From assembly GCF_009914755.1 (NCBI RefSeq), contig NC_060929.1: a stretch of 64,000 nt of DNA; one strand, given 5' to 3'. The notes beneath the pieces were generated by a model. That model worked only from the letters and a program-made list of their open reading frames with translations. It was not told the origin of the DNA and searched no databases. This stretch comes from the human T2T-CHM13v2.0 reference genome, Homo sapiens. Positions 1-9,845 of the stretch are shown piece after piece (position 1 is the first letter of the stretch; each line of letters opens with the position of its first letter). A program made the position numbers and the translations under genes.

Positions 1-361
1 CCAGTGGTAACACAATTTTTTAAGCTTTAAAATGATGTAATAAATGTAGCAAGAACCAAAGTAACTTATGTGATTGAAAAGATAATATCATCTCCAATAT
101 GGATTACTTTTTTGTGTGTAACATTTTGTCACATTCTTTGTCATGGGACTTGAAATGTGAATCTTTAAAATGTGTTCCCCTTTCTCTGTCGTACCCCACA
201 TTCAATTAATTGCCAACTCCTGAATTTTCTGTCTTCAATGTTTCCCCTCTCTGCCATCATTTTTATCACTCATTCTGTCATCATTCTGATAAAAGGCCCT
301 CATTTCCTCTGGCCTGAACTCTCACACTGCTTCTACCTCTTTATCTGTGGTCTGTGGTCTT

Positions 362-664
362 TCTTTTTGTTGTTGTTTTTGAGACAGAGTCTCACTCTGT
401 TGCCCAGGCTGGAATGCAGCTGCATGCAATCTCGGCTCACTGCAACCTGAGCCTCCTGGGTTCAAGCAATTCCCCTGCCTCAGCCCCCCGAGTAGCTGGG
501 ATTACAGGCGCGTGCCGTGACACACGGCTGATTTTTGCATTTTTAGTAGAGATGGGGTTTCACCGTATTGGCGAGGTTGGTCTTGAACTCCTGACCTCAA
601 GTGATCCACCCACCTTGGCCTCCCAAAGTGCTAGGATTACAGGAGTGAGCCACCATGCCCAGCT
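362..664 (-). mobile_element. Alu (AluS-type), full length
   Basis: The T-rich tail (T/GTT) is followed by gagacagagtctcactctgttgcccaggctgg...gagccaccatgcccagct, the reverse complement of the Alu dimer. The flanking repeat tctgtggtctttc at 351-363 and 668-680 is the TSD. Confidence 0.97.
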
Positions 665-3600
665 GTATCTGTGGTCTTTCTCAAATCAAAACCTTTCCAC
701 GAAGTTGCCAGGTTACTTCATAAAGATGTGGTGAATCTCTAAACATTCAGAATCCTCATTGCACTTCAAATTAACAGCAACTCCCTGATGATATTCTCTC
801 AGTGAGTCTTTCTCCTATTCTTTCAAGCTGATCTTCTAGAATATTCTCTGTAGGAACTTGACATTCTCACCCAACCCAGTTATTTCTGAATGCGTCTTTT
901 GTGTGTGTCCGAAACTTTTTGTTGTTGTTGTTGTTCTTTTTTACCCAACTTGTGCTTCATGACTAAACGTAGCCCTTTACTTTTGTGAAGCTTTTCTTGA
1001 ACCATCAGCCAGCTAGGGCTAAGCTCCTGTCCCCAAAACTCACTGAGCTTTTTCTGCCATTTTATCATTCTATCTAACTGGGCTGCACATTACAATAACT
1101 TTAATGAAATAGATACTCAAATGCATATTATCTAGAGGGTTTGCAATTGTGATCTTATTTATTCATCTACCAACTTAGAAAGGAAGGTATAAATGTAGCT
1201 TAGCAGGATTGATCCTATGCTTCCAAGTAAAGTAGAAGTATCACATGGGTGAATCATGCTGTCTGACTTTCATATCTCTGTGCTTTGCAGTGGCCTCAAT
1301 CATAACCATTGGTACGTAATTACTTCTCTACTCTTTCAGATTTTATGCCCCTTGAGGACAGGGCTTACTCTTGCTCATAATTGTATCTTCCATGTAAGGT
1401 GCCTTTTGTGTAGTTTTATACTTTCCCAAAACTATAAAAAAGATATCAATATAATAACTAAGGGGAAAATAATCTATTAGGATGGAAAATAAAGCAGTCT
1501 CTGTGTGACCCCCGTGGTTTAATCTGGATGGAGAACGTGGATGGGGATACATTTTTAATATCATTCCTTCTCACTTTCAGAGACCTTAGGTACATTGACC
1601 TGAGAATTTTATCTGGGACAAGGCAAAGAAAAACTGCAACGTCAAAGCTTTTCCAAGTTCCCAGTATTGCTGAGGGTGTTGACCTATGGCAGCTGGCTCT
1701 TTAGTTAATCACATTAATGATGCTTTTAGTTTTAAAAATAAGAGCCAGGTGTAGTTCAGTCAAGGAAAGTTGAGACAAAGGGGAAATGAATTTGTTCTAT
1801 GAGTTAAAGAGGGCTTTTTTCCTCCAGTTTTTCACCTGACAGCCTAAGCCTAAAAGATTTAACAATGGTGTTTGTACTTAATGGCTAGTAGTTATGTAGT
1901 ACAGCATTATTTGAGGCATGTATACATAAAAGAAAAAAAAATTAGACTACAAGACAGTCACCAGTAAGGGAAATCGGTAATTATATCCAAAACTTCCTCT
2001 TTAAAGATGTCCTGTGACAATGCAGAAGGCCAGTTGTTTGAGTCCCAAAATGTCATACCCAACCTGAATTGCAATCCCTTGTGGGCAATTTTCTGAGAGG
2101 CAGAAAACACAGTTCTCTGCAGACCCATCCTTATTTACTTGCATGTATTCCCTGGTAGGTTCACTGTTGGCTTTTGTCAAATAATGACAATTCTTAGATC
2201 AGGTATTAGAAGATACAATAGATTAATGAGAAGTGCCTTGGTCTTATCCTAGGGGATAGGATGGGTGTCAAGACTCAGAGAAAGTTCAATTCGAATCAGA
2301 GGTGTATTTGATGGGAGAGAGGACCAGAGGGAGGTGGCTCCCCATATTCGTGTCAGGGAAAGCAGTTGACATGTGGCCTGAAAGATAATAGGAACACGGG
2401 AAAGGACTTAAATCAGTTGTATTGTCATAAGGCCCTATAAAGGAATCTGTATTACTTGTCATTAACTTTGCCTGAATAGCGAAGTGAGCTCTGTTTAATT
2501 AAATGAAAGCCTCAGTACTCTTATTAGAAAAGACGAACTGCAGCAGGTCCATATGGTCCCTACTATAAAACACGCAAAGCCTCAAAGTCTCAGGCCTGAG
2601 CAGCCTCAGCTGCCACCTATTAACATGAATGGTAACAGCATGATCATATCCTCAGACCTTATAACATTCATAACCATAGAGTTGTAATTTTATTCTTACA
2701 GTGACAAATGAGAAATTATAAACATTTAATTTGGAGGGAAATTTAACATATTATTCCCTAAGTCCACTTGGCAAGTGAAGGAGGCTATTAATATAAACTC
2801 ATTACATTGCAGTATTGCATCCCTACAATCACAAAAGCTGGCTTTTTAAAATCACAAGTGACAAGTTGAGGTGGAAGAAATTCTGCATTTATAGGCCTTC
2901 TGTCAAAGTGAAGCGTCTTGGACCATGCATAGACCTGTCTGAATGTCAAGACCTATGCCCTCAGACTTCAGGGTGTTTATACATTTGGCTTTCAAATTGG
3001 AAACTCCACATTAAAGCATCCAGATTTTCTCTGGCTTTATTAAAGCGGCTCCAGAACAAGGTGAAGGAAGTGAGTTTCTCATCCTGGTCGGGGCTCTTGG
3101 TCCATAACTGTGCTTTAGTGCACTTTCCCAGTGGGTAAGGATGGAGTGTTAGCGCAGACAGCAGAGTTAAGCCGGAATGTCCTGCGGAGCCTCACCATCA
3201 CAAAGGGTAATACTACTTTATCGATCCCTTCCACACTGTCTCCCACCGTTGTGTTAAGCCTGTGGCGAGTACAACCTTTTCAAAACGAGATCTGGCGATA
3301 TGACTTACTTTCTAACTTGAACGTGAACTTAAAAAAAAAATGGATAAAAGCGTGTTTTGTAGGAATGGCATGGTGTTGGCATTTCACAGCGTAAATGATA
3401 AAAATAAAATCAAAGTCAAGTATCTCAACAGAGGGAAAAGAGTCACATTGAGACTTGCACACACGCATATAAAATGGGGCCACATTCTTCCACTTAAAGC
3501 AGAAATAGTTTAATTTGCTCATGTTCTATTGAATTATCCAACTTTTTCTTGTTACCTTAAGAAAGGCAACATTGTTAGCATATATTTTTAGAGATTCAAT

Positions 3601-4759
3601 GCTCATTTTCATTTCAGACTTTATGAACAGAGAACCTTATATACATCAATGAGGTTAGGAGAGGTTCCGTATGTTTAAATTGAGACAAATGGATTGATTT
3701 CACCCCCAAATATTGATGATTTATAAGCTGTTATACTTTGTGATTTTTTTTCTCTTAATAAGGCATTCCACTCTCAAGGAGTTAAAAAGGCATTTTCTGA
3801 AAGCTACATGGAAACATATTTTTAATTGGCACTGTCCTCATCCTTCCAAGGATAACAGGAAAAAGCTTCTACTTCACCGCTTGCATGATTTTTGATTTTA
3901 CCTTTGTTTGTTACGATGCAGAATTAAGGGGGAAAAAATTGGCCGTGAGGTACCTTTTAAAAAGGCTTTTCCTTTCATTGTACGTACTAACGGGATGAGA
4001 GAGAAGTAAAAGACAGATTTATTTTTATGTTTAATCAAGTCGTATAATTATTGTATTGTGGTTACTGCTTTGAGCATTACATTTTCGGTAAGTAATTTAT
4101 CAGCTACATTCTTTTTTATTTTATTTTATTTCATTCCTGGAGAGGATTAACAGTTACTATAGGATTTATACACTGTAGGCATTTTTCCCCTTTAGTAAAT
4201 AAGGCTTATTGGTGGCGTAGGTTTCTTGAGCCCCACCCCCGCAACCCCGGCTCCCCGCTGAATTTCTGCTTATATACTTACAACTTTTAGTTTGTAGTTC
4301 ATTTCTTGACCTGACTTCATTAGGAATGTCTTCATGGCTGGTGGGGCCAGAGGACAATAGAAGAAATTCAGAGATAGATTCACCAACTTTTACAGAGTTG
4401 TCCACAACTCTGTTTTATCATTGAAAGTTTCAGGTCCTTAGCCCCTGTCAAACCAGGACCGTTGGTCACCCTGTGGTTTGGGCACAGTCTTGGAGCTGGA
4501 ATGTCCTGATATTAGCTGCATGTGCAAAGTTTTAAAATAATAAAGAAGAACTTCCTTCCTAGTTGGGAGAATAGGAGAGAAGGCTGAGACAACAGAGCAG
4601 ACGTGGAGGATATTCATGGAAAGGCAGGACTTGGCGAAGCTGGAGAAGGAGCCAACTTGGGCCAAGGCTGAGTCCTGTTGGTACTGTTTGACCTGGTCCT
4701 TTGGCTGTGTCCTCCCACCTTCCGTTCCTCTCCAGCCCTTTTCAGAGTAAGTGCTTCCT

Positions 4760-5026
4760 TTTTTTTTTTTTTTTTTTTTGAGATGGAGTTTCATTCTTGT
4801 TGCCCAGGGTGGAGTGCAATGGCATGATATCTAGGCTCACCACAACGTCCGCCTCCCGGATTCAAGCGAATCTTCTGCCTCAGCCTCCTGAGTAGCTGGG
4901 ATTACAGGCATGTGCCACCACACGGGGCTCATTTTGTATTTTTAGTAGAGACAGGGTTTCTCCACGTTGGTCAGGCTGGTCTCGAACCCCTGACCTCAGG
5001 TGATCTGCCCGCCTCAGCCTCCCAAA
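4760..5026 (-). mobile_element. Alu (AluSp/Sq-like), 5'-truncated by ~35 nt
   Basis: Poly-T is followed by gagatggagtttcattcttgttgcccagg...gtgcaatgg (Sp/Sq-type diagnostics). The match stops at cctcccaaa. TSD: cagagtaagtgcttcctt (4743-4760) / cagaataagtgcttcttt (5027-5044). Confidence 0.95.
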
Positions 5027-5167
5027 CAGAATAAGTGCTTCTTTACAAATCCTTTTCTCTCCCTACTTTTCTTGGCTATTTCTTCATTCTTCCCGGAGAA
5101 AGAAAGTGCCGCCGCCTGACCTGACCAGTTATCTGTAGACAGGCTGAGTTTTGCTGTCAGAAGGCGG

Positions 5168-5689
5168 GAGTTGCCCATTGAACAATACAGGGGTTAGTGT
5201 CACCAACTTCACCTTGCAGTTGAGAATCTGTGTATGACTTTTGACTCCCCCAAAACTTAATTTATAGCTTCCTGTTGAACGGAAGCTTGACTGGTAACAT
5301 CAGTAGTCAATTAACACAGGTTTTATAGGTTATATGTGTTATATACTGCATTCCTAAAAAAAGGTAAGCTAGAGAAATGAAATTGTGGTTGAGAAAATTA
5401 TGAGGAAGAGAAAATACATTTACTATTCATTAAGTGGAAATGGATCATCATAAAGTTCTTCATCCTGGTCATCTTCAAGCCTAGGAGGGGGAGAAAGAGG
5501 ACAAGTGGGTCTTGCTGCCTCTGGGGTGGCAGAAGCTGAAGGGGTGGAGGAGGTAAAAGGGGAGCCAGGAAAGGCAGGCACGCTGGCTGTAGCTTTTATT
5601 GAAAAAAAAAACAAAAAACAAAAACCAAAAACAATCCACATGTAATGGGACCTACGCAGTTCAAACCTGCATTGTTCAAGGGTCAACTG
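5168..5689. mobile_element. Tigger2-family (TcMar-Tigger) non-autonomous DNA transposon
   Basis: Terminal inverted repeats gagttgcccattgaacaa... and ...ttgttcaagggtcaactg, the right one followed by TA. These match the recalled Tigger2 end CAGTTGACCCTTGAACAA. Confidence 0.85.
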
Positions 5690-6117
5690 TATTTTGATTT
5701 CTCAATCCTAGTGTTTCTTTGTTACGTAAGGGGAGTCTTCAAGCAGAATAGCACAGAGATGCGCTAGGAATAACCATGGTATATACTTGCGCAATGATTT
5801 TCCTAAAAGATTTTGTAGAAAATTTCGGCACAGCAGTCATGGTATTTTAGAACCTATGACAACAAAAATGCTGACCTGGTTGGCCTGATTTTCCCTGAAA
5901 TGAGGCTGTTTAAGTTTGTTATAGAAACAAATCTAGCGGTAATCCTTTATTCCTCTGTAGTCTTATTCAAAACTAGTTTTTCTTCTTCCTTCTCACCCTT
6001 TCTTTCTCGCCTTTTCCTTCTTTCTCTTCATTCTTTCTTTTGAATCAACACAAGTGTTTACATTTCAAAATTCTTCTTTTCTCAGTTCTCTGTTTTTTTT
6101 TTTCCTAGGGAGCCGCT

Positions 6118-6121
<4 letters not shown>

Positions 6122-6172
<51 letters not shown>
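6122..6172 (+). repeat. (TG)22 microsatellite with a short degenerate extension
   Basis: Pure TG run at 6122-6165, seen directly. Confidence 0.99.
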
Positions 6173-6174
<2 letters not shown>

Positions 6175-7904
6175 TTTCTTGTTCACGTATCCCACCTTTA
6201 GGTCAACACATATAACAGATATACTGTTGTGTAAAGCACGCAATATTTAAATGTGTCTGGCTCAACACGAGTAAAGAAATAATGTTGCATAAAACAGAAA
6301 ATATATAAATGAGTTCCTACTTTTTGCAAATAAATATACTAATGAAAATATTAAAATTTTACATGGCCAATTCTGTATGTAATAAAAATTGTGAAGTACG
6401 TTGCTTTCAGTAGAGTGAAGGAGAAGCATGCTAATTTTTCATTGTAACACAACACATTAAGAATACCAAATTGTTCTATTTTTGCTTTGTTATGAAACTT
6501 AAGAAATCCACATATTACATTTTGCCTGAAACCTCAGATTCCTTTAGAAGGGTTTAGAATTAAAGCACTTTTCCTTATCCTCTGTGTCCAGGTACTGTGT
6601 GTGGGTAGTTCTGTTTATTTCTACAAGAAAGGCAAATACATTTATAAATAGCAGATCTTATTTGAGGTTTTATCCATAATGAAAGTTAAATTAGGAAAGA
6701 TTTCATAATAACTAATATCCCTATCAAATTCAGTATACAGTTGTCATTTGTTTTCTTATTAAAATTTAAATACGTAGTAAAACATTTCAGGTAAACATTA
6801 TTTTAGCATTTGCTATTTGGATGCTTGGATGGAAAATAGCATAGCTAATGATATTGACTTAAATTTTAAAAAATACTTGCAGGGGAAGTTCTGCTAATAT
6901 CTATATATTTATAATGATTTTTTTTTCTAAATCCAATTGAGTAAATGTGAAATTATTCTTCAAATAGGTTGCTACAGTACTTCAGTGTATCCATTAAGCA
7001 TTAAATAAATGTTTTATATTTTCTTGAGAGACTTTTGTTGCCTTTTTAAAGCACACTGTAATCCCAGTTGTATTTTAATTTGGAACATCATTCTGAGTTT
7101 TTCTTCTATTTTCTGCTACATTATTTTAGGACTAATCGTGATTAGATGAATTTATACTTTTAAGAAAGGCTTTAGAGTTCTTTCTAAAATATTTTCTAAA
7201 CATTTTATGTTCTTTATTGTTTTTACAACATTAGAAAATGTCTACATTCTTTAAAAAATCCATAAATTCTGATTTTCCATTTGCCTTTTTGACTCTAAGC
7301 CAAAATAAGTTGTCAGAGAAGTAACTTTTTTATTTTTGACGGGAGGAATGGAAATGAAGAAAATTTCCACGTGTGCCTACAATTTCTTATGTTTTTACAT
7401 TTCAGACGTGGTGATACCAGATCCCACTCCTCCACTGTTGCTTTTGCAGGGAAACCCTCCCAAAGTAATGATAATAATAACCTCGTGCTCTTTTGAGTTC
7501 AAAATTATTTTGAGGTGATCTTATGAAATGTGTGCACTTTCTATTAATATTAATGCATTTTTAAATATTTACAACTAATTTTAAAAATATCAATGTTGTG
7601 TTTAAATGCAAGAAGAAATGCTGATATTAAAGTGTTCCACTGTTTCTTAAAAAAAGATTATTTTCCTTAGGTCTTAATTTATGTTCTCCTGCCTCTTTCC
7701 TACAAATCAAGGGGAACTAATATTATTTATACAATTTAGGCAAGGTTGCATTTAAAGGCCCATTATGCTGTTTCTCACCATGGTTTTCTGTGAATCATCC
7801 CTCATTTTATACCTCTCATTCACGCACATGATTAGAAATGCTGGTATGGCTTGTATGTAAGGTCAACCATGAAAATGATGCTGGTTTGATGATGTATTCC
7901 GCTT

Positions 7905-8220
7905 CATATTGGTCCTGACTCCACCACTTACTTGATGTATACAGTTTTTAGGAAATCATCTTTCCTCAATTTCCCAGTGTGCAAATCTGATATGTATAGT
8001 ACTTATTAGGAAAACAGATACTTAAGTCACAGTTGTCCTCTTAGCAGTGTATCATATTTACATACCAGGAACAAATAACATGTTGTGAAACATCTTTGTC
8101 AGCTAGACAATATAGCCAACCTCTTCCTTGATTTTGATAATTTATGTGGCTATATTGTGATATCTGAATGTGCCTATCTACCCAGAATCAGGCCAGTAAA
8201 CATTTGTTGAATAAATGTAT
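7905..8220 (+). mobile_element. MIR fragment (~7905-8010) and L2 3'-end fragment (~8140-8220)
   Basis: tcctgactccaccacttact...cctcaatttcccagtgtgcaaat resembles the MIR core. cagtaaacatttgttgaataaatg resembles the L2 tail. Confidence 0.6.
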
Positions 8221-9479
8221 CATGTTTAGGTTTCTTGTTGTTTACCAACCCAGCTGTTTGAGTTTCAACTTGGGGACACACTTTTTCCTCTTCAGAAAAA
8301 TAAGAGATCAACCAGATTATTTTAAAGATTTTTGCCAGCCCTCAGATTCTATGATTCTGTAACATATGTATTTTATATATTAATGGCTCACATCCAAGCA
8401 AGCCAACTTGCAAAATCAGCAATATGAACCACCTGAGCCGTGAGAAAAAAATGGCCACTTACTGAATTTTTAAGACACATTTCAGATATGGATTTCAGAA
8501 GTGGAAATGTACCAATATGATTAATTTACTACAACTACTATGGTAAATCAATTTTAAGTACACACCTAATTTTATACATTAACAGTAATTTTGTAATTTT
8601 CTTCTTGACTTAGAAAAAGGACATTTTCTAACATTTATTTTTTGCCTAGAAGCACACATACCTTTGAAACCTCTATATTCAGAAAACATACGTTATTTTT
8701 AGATCTATTTTTGGCCACTCAACCTATGTACACAAAATTCACTCAAAAGAACAGATTACTTGGTGTTTTCAAAGAGAATTATACTAATTCCTGTTGTTGA
8801 AAACATACTCTTTGAAGATATCCGAGAAAATGAATTCTTAGCTCGGAATATATTTTTGAATCAGAAAATAGGGGGAAGAGCATGAGGTGAGGAATTAAAG
8901 TTTATGTTGTTATAACCTAGAATAGGCCATTTCCTTTCAGCCTTTTTTGCCTGATTGCAGCAACGGAGCTGTGCATTTTTCTTGTGACTGAGGCTTGTTA
9001 AATGCAAGCAATAGTTAGCATTTATAGAGGACCTTATACCAAGTTAGGAAAGTACAAGAAATACTGAAAATACCGTTTATAAATTACACATAAACATTGT
9101 GATGGTAAAAAGTTTTTGTTTTTGTTTTTTGTTGGGGGGTGGAGGGAAGTGTCTCATTTCAACACTATTTCAATATCATGTCAGAGCACTTTAATGGCTG
9201 CAGAAGTGATCAGGATCACTTTGCGAGTGTTTGGAATCAGTACAAGCCTGACCCTTATGTGTATATATTCTAATATGTCCTCTTGAACATAGCCCAGCTC
9301 TGTGTTAGAAGAGCATTCCTATGCTGACCTACCCAAGAAAGTCAACTCATTTCTCCTTCTTACGCCCTCATCCCATCTGTGCTGCCTGACCTACACTGAT
9401 CTACTTTGCAGTCCTCAGGCTACCTTTTGGTGACTTCTGCCAAAAGCTGATCTCAAACTGGCCCAGTTGGGTGTAAAGG

Positions 9480-9575
9480 TGTAGAGCACAAGAGTTAGAA
9501 CCTAAACCTGGAATTCTATTCTTAGTCTTTAAGGTAAGATGCAGCAGAAAACACTTAGCTTTTCCCAGCCTTGGT
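9480..9575 (+). mobile_element. MIR fragment
   Basis: agagcacaagagttagaacctaaacctggaattc...cacttagcttttcccagccttggttttctcat resembles the 5' half of MIR. Confidence 0.6.
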
Positions 9576-9741
9576 TTTCTCATAAGGAGCACACAACCTC
9601 GATCCCTCGCATGTGCAGTTCACAATGGGATTCGCGCTCCTCTGAGAATTTAATGCCGCTGCTGATCTGACAGGGGGCAGAACTCAGCTTCTTCACCTGC
9701 TCACCTCCTGCTGTGTGGCCCCTGGGGGTTAGGGACCCCTG
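9576..9741 (+). mobile_element. MER1B-like hAT-Charlie MITE, right half only
   Basis: ttctcataaggagcacacaacctcgatccctcgcatgtgcagttcacaat...gccgctgctgatctgacagg...ggggttagggacccctg matches the recalled MER1 consensus and its right TIR. Confidence 0.88.
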
Positions 9742-9744
9742 CTC

Positions 9745-9845
9745 TACACATATATGTTCATACACACATATGTTAGAGCGCCTGGCCTCATCTATCTATC
9801 TTTACCCTACTGTTTCTGTTTCTCTGGAGAACCCCGACAAATACA
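9745..9845 (+). mobile_element. MLT2 (ERVL) LTR 3'-end fragment
   Basis: ccctactgtttctgtttctctggagaaccccgacaaataca matches the MLT2 terminus (...ggttctgtttctctggagaaccctgactaataca) and is preceded by the typical TA/CA-rich stretch. Confidence 0.75.

Noticed and set aside
172-734. ORFs of 92 and 126 aa, and the similar ORFs at 29713-30096, 32451-32768, 33943-34270, 35036-35334, 41218-41658, 45467-45694, 53255-53705, 57084-57314 and 62306-62810
   Set aside because: These are translations of Alu sequence ([24 protein letters not shown] and similar motifs), not genes.
2434-2443. CArG box CCTATAAAGG
   Set aside because: Several such matches are expected by chance in 64 kb of AT-rich DNA, and there is no supporting context.
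5423-5686. 87-aa Pro/Ser-rich ORF
   Set aside because: It lies entirely within the Tigger2-type element.
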